The position numbers and the translations under genes were made by a program. 64,000 nt of DNA from an uncultured cyanobacterium (GTDB lineage: Bacteria > Cyanobacteriota > Cyanobacteriia > PCC-9006 > JAAUQQ01): contig OY970368.1 of assembly GCA_963718615.1 (NCBI GenBank), positions 1,888,001 through 1,952,000 of the forward strand, in the 5' to 3' direction. Every line of letters starts with the position of its first letter. Within the stretch, counting starts at the first letter, position 1. The notes beneath the pieces are model-generated. The model was not told where the DNA came from. It did no database searches and worked only from the letters and a program-made list of their open reading frames with translations. Positions 30,341-38,986 of the stretch are shown in pieces.

Positions 30341-31606
30341 CTATTCCGCCAGAAGTGCAATCAACGGTGACTTCTTCCGTCTCAGGGCAGCTAAATACTT
30401 TTCCTCATCATAGGGTTTACCATCTTGCCAACAACGCCAGAGAATCCGACCCCATTTATAGGCCAAAGCCCGAATTGCTTTCGGATGACTTTTGCCTACA
30501 GCCCGTTGTTGTTTGTAAAAGGCTTGCGACCAGGCGGAATGCCGTCGCGCTTGATCCACCCATTCGACAAAGGTTTGTCGCAAGAAAATCGGACAAGACC
30601 AACGCCAATGAACCCAACGTTTCTTGCCACTTTCCTCTTTCACGGGCGCAATGCCGATATAACTCATGAAGGCTTGGGCCGAATCAAACCTTGTGCGGTC
30701 TTCACCAAAAGCCGCGAGGAGTCGAGGAGCGAGATGTGGGCCTGCTCCTGGCAAGGTTCGAAATAATACCGCATCAGGCAGGGATTCAAACAATTGTTCG
30801 ATACTCTGCTCAAATGCAGCCAGTTGTTGCACAATGACTTTGAGTAATGCAATCAAGGCAACCGTCAGAGCTTGGGCGGGTCGGATGATCGCCTCATCTT
30901 GGGTCAAGGGTGGGCCAGCTTCATGGATTTGCTGAATCCGTCGCTGGATGGCCGATTTACGAACCACTTTATGGTTGCGAAAGAACTGTGTCAGTTGGAT
31001 ATCAGTCGTGGCTTGTGCCGCTTGTACATCGGGGTATTGTTCCAGGAATTCACAGAAGACGAGAGTGTCCTTATCCTCAAACCAATCAAGCACTTGTGGA
31101 AAGTAGGATTTAAGTGAGGCTATAATGCGATTGGTCAGCCGCACTTTCTCCCCCACCAGCATCCGCCGCGACTCAACCCATTGCCGTAATTGACGATGTT
31201 TTGGACAGCCCGCCGTCCAAATGTCGAGTTTGTCACCATGCTTTTGTAGCAGTTCCACAATCAACTTGGCGTCAATGGGATCAGACTTTGCCCGTGACGG
31301 TTGAAAGGCTTTGCGGTAGTTGGCTACGGTGCGGGGATTGATCGGCACTAGAACCAAGTTGTCGTATTGGCAGAGGGCATAGAGCAACGGTCCACGTTTT
31401 TGTTCTAGGCCAACGAGGATTTTTCTCTGGCCATAGCGCTGTCGCAGTTGATTCACCCAATCGGCGATCGCCTGTGGGGTTGCTTGAATGATGCTATGTT
31501 CCCAAACCTGAGAGGTGGGTTCATGCAGGGCAATGTCATGTTTTCGGTCAGCCCAGTCGATGCCAATGTAGGCAGCGTAAGGGGTATTGGCAAGGTTAAG
31601 TTTCAT
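30341..31606 (-). CDS. IS110-family DEDD transposase/bridge recombinase
   Basis: YIGIDWAD, GLE, AKSDPID and GIAPVKEESG (catalytic Ser) motifs. Start placed at the ATG at 31606. Confidence 0.92.
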   Translation of the reverse strand: MKLNLANTPYAAYIGIDWADRKHDIALHEPTSQVWEHSIIQATPQAIADWVNQLRQRYGQRKILVGLEQKRGPLLYALCQYDNLVLVPINPRTVANYRKAFQPSRAKSDPIDAKLIVELLQKHGDKLDIWTAGCPKHRQLRQWVESRRMLVGEKVRLTNRIIASLKSYFPQVLDWFEDKDTLVFCEFLEQYPDVQAAQATTDIQLTQFFRNHKVVRKSAIQRRIQQIHEAGPPLTQDEAIIRPAQALTVALIALLKVIVQQLAAFEQSIEQLFESLPDAVLFRTLPGAGPHLAPRLLAAFGEDRTRFDSAQAFMSYIGIAPVKEESGKKRWVHWRWSCPIFLRQTFVEWVDQARRHSAWSQAFYKQQRAVGKSHPKAIRALAYKWGRILWRCWQDGKPYDEEKYLAALRRKKSPLIALLAE

Positions 31607-31656
31607 CGTGCTAGATTGAGGATAGTTTTTGCTTGGGGGAAAAGCTAACGCCAAGT

Positions 31657-31938
31657 TCAGGGGCGAAAAGATTATGGAAGAGATGACACTCATCAATCCC
31701 TGAGAGTTCGTTACTAGTGAAGTTGGACGAGGTGGGGCGGCGATGCCATATGTTAGTAGTCATCGACTGACTCTCGTTGGATAGTCGTCCGCTCCACCTG
31801 GTAGAATTTCCCCACTTTCTTACTTTAAGTATTTCTTCAAGAGCAAGCGAACCCAGGAGGAGGAGGAGCGATGCGATATGTTAGTAGACATGCTTGCTGT
31901 CGCGCGATGCATGGTCGTCTCCTCGTCTTTTCAGGTTC
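31657..31938 (-). ncRNA. Putative IS110 bridge RNA (three hairpins)
   Basis: Three similar stem/bulge/stem units upstream of the transposase. Bulges are complementary to the target junction (twice) and to the donor junction (once). Folded by eye. Confidence 0.6.
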
Positions 31939-32107
31939 TCGTCTCCCCATAAACCCGGCTGGAGCGGACTGAAGGGAGATCTCGGTGGGGATGCAAAGGT
32001 TACTTGCAGCTGCTCAACCGGAACGTTAGCGATAGTTGCTGTAGACTTTAACGGACTCAGAACAAGAAACTAAATAGATATTCCGATAATTAGGAGACAA
32101 AATAATT

Positions 32108-32851
32108 ATGGAATTTAACCCAAACAACAATGTTGTTAAACTTTGCCTTCAAGGTATGGGCATGGAAGAAAAAGGCAAACCTGAAGAAGCAAGTAAACTC
32201 TTTCTTCAAGCCTGGAACGAAGCGACATACGATTTTGAAAAATTTATTTCAGCTCATTATGTAGCCCGACATCAAAAAACTGTTTCTGACAAATTAAAAT
32301 GGCTCGAAACGGCTTTGCAGTTTGCATTAAAAATAAATGACGACACTGTCAAGAGTGCTTTCCCTTCTCTATATTCAAACATTGCCAAATGCTATGAGAA
32401 ATTAAGCGACCCTGATAAGGCAAAAAAGAATTATGAATTAGCAACTTCGTTTAAGGATAAACCTTCTGACAAAGGTCCTTTTTATCATGGAACGAAAGCA
32501 GATTTGCAGGTTAGCGATTTGCTGACAGCAGGGAGTAATTCTAACTATAAATCTGAACTCAAAATGAATCACATTTACTTTACAGCCCTTGTTAATGGAG
32601 CGGGACTAGCTGCTGCCTTAGCAAAAGGCAATGGACGTGAACGTGTTTATATCGTTGAACCGACAGGGGGATTTGAAAATGACCCGAATGTTACAGACAA
32701 AAAATTTCCGGGCAATCCGGCACGCTCATATCGCTCCCAAGCACCATTAAAGATCGTTGGCGAAGTAACAGATTGGGTGAGACAAACACCTGAGGAACTC
32801 CAAAAATGGCGTGAAAAATTGGCCAACAATAAAGGAGAAATTATTAATTAA
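32108..32851 (+). CDS. arr: Rifampin ADP-ribosyltransferase (Arr) with an N-terminal TPR-like domain (cassette 4)
   Basis: PFYHGTKADL, HIYFTA, VYIVEPTG.FENDPNVTDKKFPGNP.RSYRS motifs. Confidence 0.9.
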   Translation: MEFNPNNNVVKLCLQGMGMEEKGKPEEASKLFLQAWNEATYDFEKFISAHYVARHQKTVSDKLKWLETALQFALKINDDTVKSAFPSLYSNIAKCYEKLSDPDKAKKNYELATSFKDKPSDKGPFYHGTKADLQVSDLLTAGSNSNYKSELKMNHIYFTALVNGAGLAAALAKGNGRERVYIVEPTGGFENDPNVTDKKFPGNPARSYRSQAPLKIVGEVTDWVRQTPEELQKWREKLANNKGEIIN

Positions 32852-32890
32852 TTTCTCAGATGCCCATACCATCCTCATAAACCAACGAAC

Positions 32891-33052
32891 CGCTAACATA
32901 TGTTAGTAGACATGCTTGCTGTCGCGCGATGCATGGTCGTCTCCTCGTCTTTTCAGGTTCTCGTCTCCCCATAAAGCGCGATGCACCGGAACTTTGAAGG
33001 CTGCTATGTTGCCGAGTGAGTGGTCTGCGTCCGGCGATCGCAAACGTTAGAC
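32891..33052 (+). other. attC site 4, interrupted by a 76-bp IS110 remnant
   Basis: CGCTAAC, then the insert, then AAGCGCGATGCACCGGA...TCCGGCGATCGCAAAC-GTTAGAC. Confidence 0.85.
32898..32973 (-). mobile_element. 76-bp remnant of the IS110 end
   Basis: Identical to 31876-31951 and inserted at the same position (after TAAC) in attC4. Confidence 0.88.
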
Positions 33053-33109
33053 AGATTCCTTTTCATAAGGATACGATTCTAGTAACACACTTTTTATGGC
33101 ACAAAGCTT

Positions 33110-33262
33110 ATGAACAAGATGAATCTTGGTCTCGGTATTGGCTTAGGCGTAGGTATCGGGACTGCCATAGGTGTAGCAACGGACAACATCGGTATTGGAC
33201 TTGGTATAGGGATTGCAATCGGTGTTGCGATTGGTCTTCAAGGCAGTAACGGTGACCAATAA
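33110..33262 (+). CDS. 50-aa glycine-zipper membrane peptide (cassette 5; not in the ORF track)
   Basis: MNKMNLGLGIGLGVGIGTAIGVATDNIGIGLGIGIAIGVAIGLQGSNGDQ*, located right after attC4. Confidence 0.75.
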   Translation: MNKMNLGLGIGLGVGIGTAIGVATDNIGIGLGIGIAIGVAIGLQGSNGDQ

Positions 33263-33327
33263 AGTTTGTTGCTAACCCGTCAAACTTGGGTAGATATGAT
33301 TCTGTTAGCTTGTTGTGGATTTTGTTT

Positions 33328-36300
33328 TTAGTCCGCCCTCCCCCGCTGCCCACAAACCTGCGCCGGCTCAAACCACTGCGCCAGCCCCCGCTGAACCTGA
33401 TCCGCAGCCTGCTTCGGTGTTAGTTTACCCTGCAAGACCCCTAGGGCACTATCCCCCATCAGCTCCAGTCCATTCGGCAACCCCTCCTGCAACGCCTCAG
33501 CCGTCCAGCGAATATCGGTTTGATCGCTTTGGGTGAATTTTAGAAACGCTTGCGCTGCTGGATCCTGAGGCAAATCGGTCATTCGTCGCAACGGGAAAAA
33601 ACCAGGGATAGCCGACGCAAGTTGCTGAACCACCGATTCCTGACTTAGCCATTGCAGCAGGGCCTGGGCTGCTTCTGGGTGTTCCGAGGCCGCGTTGACG
33701 CCGATGGCAAAATCTGGCTGAAACGTCACCACTGTGGGCTGTCCCTGGGGCGGCGGCACGGCAAACACGCTCCAAGCAAAGTCGGGTTTAGCCTCTTCAA
33801 TCTGGGGAATTTGCCAGGAACCGCTGATCATCATCGCGGCTTTGCCGTCATACAACAACTGACGGCTGTCCTGTTCGGTGACGATGGTGTTGTCGTCCGG
33901 CAAGAAGGGGCGTAAATCCCCAAGGGCTTTGAACGTGGCGATCGCCCTCGGGTCATTAAAACAGCGATCGCCCGACAAATAGGCCAACCGCCCTGCCCGT
34001 CCGCCGATAAAATTGGGCGCTAGGTTAAACAACAGGGTTTCTGCCACCGAGAGACTGTTTTGGGTGCTGTTGGCTAGGGGAATATAGCCCGCAGCTTTGA
34101 GGGTTTGCGCTGTTGCTAGAAATTCCTCCCAGGTTTGAGGCAGGGCCAAGTTCAGGGATTTGAACAAATTGGCGTTGTAATAAACCCCGTGGGACACCGC
34201 CATCATGGGCAGGGCGTAGAGTTCGCCTGCATCATTTTGCCAGGGTTTGAGGGCCTCCGGGTCGTAGGCTGGGGTGATTTCCTCAATTTTGGGAAAATCG
34301 TTGAGCGATCGCAGCGCCCCCTGCTGGATGAGCGTCTGCCCCGCCGAAAAGGGTGGCACAAAGAACAAATCCGGGGCCTTGCCCTCCGCCAGTTGATCTG
34401 CCAAGACCGTTTGATAATCCATTCCCCGCGTCGGCGCGAACTGGACCTCTAGCTTGGGATTCTCGGCCATAAATTTTGCCAAAAGCTGGTCAAACTCGGC
34501 TTGATCTTCGGTTCGCCAGGAGCCCAACGTTATCGTAGTCCGGCTTGCATCCATGGCCGCGAGATCCCGCGCTTGGAGCGTGGGGGTTTGGGTGGGTTGA
34601 GGGGCGGCGTTGAGTTGGCGATCGCTCCACAGCGGATAGACCCCATAGATCACCGTAAAAATCGCCACAAACACGCCCAACGCCACAGGATAAAACCGTT
34701 TTCCCAGGCGATCGATCTGCAATAAAAGCTGATCATTCTGGCGCTTGGCGGCGACGTTGGTGCCAATGGAAACAAACAGGGCAAAGAGGCAAAGGACATA
34801 CATGGCGTAAAACATGTATTCGATCGCAACCAAATACCCCACCACGGGCAAATCATTGGACAGCCGCACATGGAAAAATGATGTCGCCAGCAAAATGCTC
34901 AGCCCGCCCCCGGCCTTGGGCGCAATGCCGTCCGCCGGAATAAACAAAATCATGTAGGCGGCAACCAGGAGCAAAAACACCGGTAGCAGATTTTTCAGGA
35001 CAAAACCAACGGCGTCTCGCTGGAGATAGACCGCCACGTTGAACCGAGAATATTGAATTCGGTCATCAAATTTGGCATCCAGAAACTGGGGATCGCCCAG
35101 GGTCGAATCGTCCCGCAGCACGTCCTGGAAAAACTTGGCGCTTTTGATCCGCCAGGTGGGCAAGCCATCGAGGACCTTGGACTGTTCCAGTTTGCTGAGG
35201 ATGCTGCGGGTGCTGTTGCTGCGCATCCCGACGACATCATCGACGTAGAGCAAATCCTCGGCCTTCAGGCTTTTGTGGCGAAAGCTGACAATCAGCGTCT
35301 GTTGGTCAAAGGGATAATCCCGAAAATCAAACTCTCCCCGGAACCGACCCTTCACCCGATAGGCTCGGTAATGCATCGGTCCCAGCTCATCGGGTGTGTC
35401 GCTGGCATTCATCAGCTCTTGGGTTTCCAGCGGTTCGGCAAGATTCGTAAACTCAATGTCGTCGGCCTTAAACTCGCCGCGATAGCGAAACCAAAGATAA
35501 AAATCCACCAGGTACGAGGAATCCTTCGGGTCTAGGGCATCGATCGCATTGATATCAATCCCCGTATAAACCACCTGGACAGGCTTCATGTAGCGACTAT
35601 TCACCGGCAGCAGTTCACCCTTGACCAGGGCTGTTTTCAAATCGGCCACCTGTCGCAAATCCGTCACCGCTTGCAGTTGGAGTGCCGCCGGAATGAGCTG
35701 TCGGTCCTGGAAAATTCCCATGGGAACCGCCCGTAAGCTTTCGCCCTGGCCATCAAAATACAGATCCCCCTGGAGTCCTTTGACCGCGTTGCTGAGATTG
35801 TTGATTTGGGCGATCGCCTCCCGCAGTTTTTCCCGCCGCTGCTGCACCGATCCCCGGTTCTGCGCCAATTGAGCCCGAGCCATGGCTTCCGTCACCACAT
35901 GGGCCGCGTCGTAATAGGTGGCCGCCGCCCAAGTGGGCTGTTGACCATAGCGATCGACAAAATCCACCTGAAAATCCTGGGCCTCGCCACTGGCCACATC
36001 AAAAATGATGGGAGCCACCGCATAGAGCCCATCGGAGAAATAGCCCGGTTCCGCCTGCTCTTCTGGATAACTGGCAAAGAGCTCACTTAGGCTCTCTTTC
36101 CCCAGGGAATCTGGCCCCAAAAGCAGCGGCGTCAGCTCATTCCGTTTGAGGTCCACCACCAACGGCACCGCCACCTGATCCGGCGTTGCGATTAACAAGG
36201 CCCCCAAATCTTTGCCCTGGAGCTTATCCTGTAGCAATTCCTCAATCATCTGGGCCTGGACCTGGGCTTGGGCCTCCGGATTCTCCGCAGGCAGCACCCA

Positions 36301-36957
36301 GCGATGCTTGAGCGTGCCGCCAATCCCCTGGAATGTTGCTTCAAAGCTCTGGGCCAAGGACTGACCATAGCTGTCGTCCACATACACCAGACTGGCCTGC
36401 TGGGTCTTGAGAATGCGACTGAGGTAATGGGCCAAAAAGCTCGCCTGGGCCTGGTTGCTAAAGAGCGATCGAAAATACCACTCGTTGTCCTGGGTGACGG
36501 CCTCCGCCGTGGCCGAGCCGGTGATGGCTGGGATTTTTGCCTGTTTATAAATTTCCCCGGCGGCGATCGCCGTCGAGCTATAGTAATTGCCTAAAACCGC
36601 TAGGACCCGGCGATCGCGACTCAACACCTCCGCCTGCCGCTTCGCCACTGCCGGATCTCCCTGGTCATCAAAACTCAAGAGCCGCACCGGATGTCCCTGG
36701 ATCCCCCCCTGCTGATTTAACCGTTGGAGGTATAATTCAATGCCCCGTAGCATTTGCTCCCCATTGGCCTGCTTGGCCCCCGAAAAAGGACCGACAGCGG
36801 CAAGGTAGAGCGGCGTAGGGCGGGCAAATAAGCTGCCCAGAAGCAGAACAACTAATAGAGCGGCAATAAAGAGGCTGGCGAGACCGCGTTTTTGACGGAG
36901 CGATCGCGGCAGTGAGGCCGCCCCCTGTCCCCATAGCTTATGTATAAAATTAATCAT
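33328..36957 (-). CDS. Pentameric ligand-gated ion channel fused to an N-terminal LivK-type and a C-terminal sugar-type solute-binding domain
   Basis: Type I PBP motifs (FDDQGDP, AVLGNYYS). pLGIC extracellular domain with DFYLWF and Pro-loop DYPFD, then four TM helices (LLPVFL...LP.VGYL). Type II SBP motifs (APDLF, YYNANLF, AAMMISGSW). Start placed at the ATG at 36957. Confidence 0.82.
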   Translation of the reverse strand: MINFIHKLWGQGAASLPRSLRQKRGLASLFIAALLVVLLLGSLFARPTPLYLAAVGPFSGAKQANGEQMLRGIELYLQRLNQQGGIQGHPVRLLSFDDQGDPAVAKRQAEVLSRDRRVLAVLGNYYSSTAIAAGEIYKQAKIPAITGSATAEAVTQDNEWYFRSLFSNQAQASFLAHYLSRILKTQQASLVYVDDSYGQSLAQSFEATFQGIGGTLKHRWVLPAENPEAQAQVQAQMIEELLQDKLQGKDLGALLIATPDQVAVPLVVDLKRNELTPLLLGPDSLGKESLSELFASYPEEQAEPGYFSDGLYAVAPIIFDVASGEAQDFQVDFVDRYGQQPTWAAATYYDAAHVVTEAMARAQLAQNRGSVQQRREKLREAIAQINNLSNAVKGLQGDLYFDGQGESLRAVPMGIFQDRQLIPAALQLQAVTDLRQVADLKTALVKGELLPVNSRYMKPVQVVYTGIDINAIDALDPKDSSYLVDFYLWFRYRGEFKADDIEFTNLAEPLETQELMNASDTPDELGPMHYRAYRVKGRFRGEFDFRDYPFDQQTLIVSFRHKSLKAEDLLYVDDVVGMRSNSTRSILSKLEQSKVLDGLPTWRIKSAKFFQDVLRDDSTLGDPQFLDAKFDDRIQYSRFNVAVYLQRDAVGFVLKNLLPVFLLLVAAYMILFIPADGIAPKAGGGLSILLATSFFHVRLSNDLPVVGYLVAIEYMFYAMYVLCLFALFVSIGTNVAAKRQNDQLLLQIDRLGKRFYPVALGVFVAIFTVIYGVYPLWSDRQLNAAPQPTQTPTLQARDLAAMDASRTTITLGSWRTEDQAEFDQLLAKFMAENPKLEVQFAPTRGMDYQTVLADQLAEGKAPDLFFVPPFSAGQTLIQQGALRSLNDFPKIEEITPAYDPEALKPWQNDAGELYALPMMAVSHGVYYNANLFKSLNLALPQTWEEFLATAQTLKAAGYIPLANSTQNSLSVAETLLFNLAPNFIGGRAGRLAYLSGDRCFNDPRAIATFKALGDLRPFLPDDNTIVTEQDSRQLLYDGKAAMMISGSWQIPQIEEAKPDFAWSVFAVPPPQGQPTVVTFQPDFAIGVNAASEHPEAAQALLQWLSQESVVQQLASAIPGFFPLRRMTDLPQDPAAQAFLKFTQSDQTDIRWTAEALQEGLPNGLELMGDSALGVLQGKLTPKQAADQVQRGLAQWFEPAQVCGQRGRAD

Positions 36958-37180
36958 GAAACTATTAATAGCGTAGAAACCTGGCTCTTTCTCTCCTTTC
37001 CAACCCTTTGCTCGCCCATCCGTATCCCTGGACAAATTTCCAGGACTGAAAGGTGAGTCTGGAAAGGTAATGACTGAAAAGGGATGACTGAAAGGCGATC
37101 GCCCCCCTGCGGGCACTCTGGAACTAGAGGCTTACTGTGCATTTCTCCCGTCGCGTATTTTCCGTTGATTCCCCGTCACC

Positions 37181-38986
37181 ATGCAGAATGCCGGACCTAT
37201 GAACCGCAAAGCAGGCCAAAAGGCAAGCAAAAAGGCAGGCCAAAAAACTGCTGAGCCGAAGAATCCAGTGCTCTCCGCCCAGGAAGCCGCCCTGCACAAA
37301 CGGGAATCCGCTAGAGCCCGTCAGGCGTTGATTAGTTTTGCGGCCCCCCTTGCCTTTGTTTCAGCCCTGATTGGCCTAGGGCTCTACTTCGTCGCTGGGC
37401 CAAAACTAGCCGTGGCCTTACCCGGTGCCATCCTCTCCCTCTCCCTGTCCTATCGTTACCCTCGGCAGGCCCTCTGGTTTTTCTTCCTTTACATGCCCTT
37501 TTCCGGTACGGTCACCTACTGGTTGGCTGGGGGAAATGCGCTGTTTCAGTTGGCCAAGGATGCTTTTTTCTTTCCGGCCTTAGTGGCGCTGATCCTGCTC
37601 TCTAAAAAAAATAAGGACGAAGAATTTTGGCAACCCAAAGGGCTCATGCCCTGGCTGATGCTGCTGATGGTCATGTGTATCCTGACGCTGCTGTTTGTCA
37701 ACTTGCCACGGGAGTTTTTGGCCGACTGTACGGAAACCACCAAACTCTTGAAGAAAGCCTGCAAAGAAGGTCAGCCCTTTGCCCAAGGTTTACTGGGGCT
37801 GAAGGTTTTTATGGGCTATGTGCCACTGGTTTTTGCCATGCAGGTGTTGATTAAGGGGCGCAAGGAGTTTTTGTTTTTTACGCGCACCCATGTGGTCCTG
37901 GCGATTAGCTGCTGTGTGCTGTGTCTGGTGCAGTATGGCATGCTCAAAACGGGCCGCTGTGCTGGAACGGATAATCTCAGCGGTGATGACCTGTTTAAGG
38001 CAACCCTAGATGCCAAATGTTTTGTCGGCGGTTCTCTGGTTTACAGTCCATCGCAAAATATGATTCGGTTGCCGGGAACCTTTGTGGCTCCCTGGCAGTG
38101 GGGCTGGTTTTTAATTGGCAATGCCTATCTCACCAGTGCTTCGGCCTTTAGCGATCCCTCAGCACTATGGCGGCTACTGGGATTTGTGGGGATGGGCACG
38201 ACCTTTGCCGGGGCGGTGATCTCGGGGCAACGAATTGCGCTGGCCTTGGTGCCAATATCGGTGATATTGCTTGTGATTTTGACGGGACAGCTCAAAAATA
38301 TTAAGCGGTTTATCCCCGTGGCCATTGGGCTTGGTGCCTTGGTGGTGGTTGGGATGACCGTTTATGCGGACTTGGTGCAAGAGCGAATTGATAGCTTTGT
38401 CAGTCGTTGGCAAGCCTCTCCGGCGACCGATATGATTGCCCATCAAATTGCTTTTGTCTGGCCCTATATCAACGATAAACCCATTGGCAATGGCTTGGGG
38501 AGTGCGATTAACTCGACCCGGATGTTTGGACCTACGATTCTGATTGAAACCTGGTTTCCTCGGGTGGCCTATGAGGTTGGGGTGATTGGGCTCATCATCT
38601 TTTTGCTGTTTGTCACGGTAATCAGCATTTTGACATTCAAAGCCTATCGATCTCTGAAGGAGAAGAACCTCCGTAGTTTTGCCGCCTGTTTTTGGGTATT
38701 TATTGTCTTTATTAGCTACCAGACCTATTATTACCCGCTGGATGTGGATCCCATTGCGGTCTATTACTGGGCTTTAATTGGAGCAGTATTCAGACTACCC
38801 GCCATTGAAAAACAAATGTTTTTAGCCGCTCAACACCCCGCCTCCGGGAACCAGAGCACTGCACCAGAGCGGCCTCGTTTTGCACCCGTCAAAGCCCGTG
38901 AGGCCGTAGAGATGAATCCAGAAATGAGCCCCAAGGCTAGCCCCAAGACCGGCCCAGAAATCAACGCAGATAAATCAACAAATTGA
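37181..38986 (+). CDS. hpsL: HpsL-like polysaccharide biosynthesis membrane protein (O-antigen ligase/Wzy-like)
   Basis: Motifs YMPFSGTVTY, IRLPGTFVAPWQWGWFL and YYPLDVDP. Confidence 0.72.
   Translation: MQNAGPMNRKAGQKASKKAGQKTAEPKNPVLSAQEAALHKRESARARQALISFAAPLAFVSALIGLGLYFVAGPKLAVALPGAILSLSLSYRYPRQALWFFFLYMPFSGTVTYWLAGGNALFQLAKDAFFFPALVALILLSKKNKDEEFWQPKGLMPWLMLLMVMCILTLLFVNLPREFLADCTETTKLLKKACKEGQPFAQGLLGLKVFMGYVPLVFAMQVLIKGRKEFLFFTRTHVVLAISCCVLCLVQYGMLKTGRCAGTDNLSGDDLFKATLDAKCFVGGSLVYSPSQNMIRLPGTFVAPWQWGWFLIGNAYLTSASAFSDPSALWRLLGFVGMGTTFAGAVISGQRIALALVPISVILLVILTGQLKNIKRFIPVAIGLGALVVVGMTVYADLVQERIDSFVSRWQASPATDMIAHQIAFVWPYINDKPIGNGLGSAINSTRMFGPTILIETWFPRVAYEVGVIGLIIFLLFVTVISILTFKAYRSLKEKNLRSFAACFWVFIVFISYQTYYYPLDVDPIAVYYWALIGAVFRLPAIEKQMFLAAQHPASGNQSTAPERPRFAPVKAREAVEMNPEMSPKASPKTGPEINADKSTN

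Larger units (their letters stand above)
30137..31951 (-). mobile_element. IS110-family element inserted in attC3
   Basis: Removal restores attC geometry. Joining the ends gives TTGACT-17bp-TATTAT on the transposase strand. No terminal inverted repeats. Ends are ambiguous by one shared A. Confidence 0.88.
30130..32031 (+). other. attC site 3, interrupted by IS110
   Basis: GTCTAAC (30130-30136), then the IS, then AACCCGGCTGGAGCGG...CTGCTCAACCGGAAC-GTTAGCG (32025-32031). Confidence 0.85.
19447..33310 (+). mobile_element. Integron-type gene cassette array (CALIN-like; no intI in window), five cassettes
   Basis: Four attC sites. The first four cassettes each start with a GTT core that is the reverse complement of the R'' box at their end (7-12 bp matches). 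Cassette genes are AT-rich and HIP1-poor. Confidence 0.88.

Noticed and set aside
31607-31696. N-terminal extension of the IS110 ORF in the ORF track
   Set aside because: It overlaps the predicted ncRNA hairpin. The DEDD domain begins just after the ATG at 31606.
30136-31951. CATA as a 4-bp target duplication of the IS110 element
   Set aside because: That reading would leave a non-canonical 9-nt attC spacer in both attC3 and attC4 and lose the TATTAT junction promoter. It is kept only as an alternative.
33016-33371. ORF-track entries 33016..33249 (+) and 33108..33371 (-)
   Set aside because: They are shadow frames of the glycine-zipper gene, and the first starts inside attC4.
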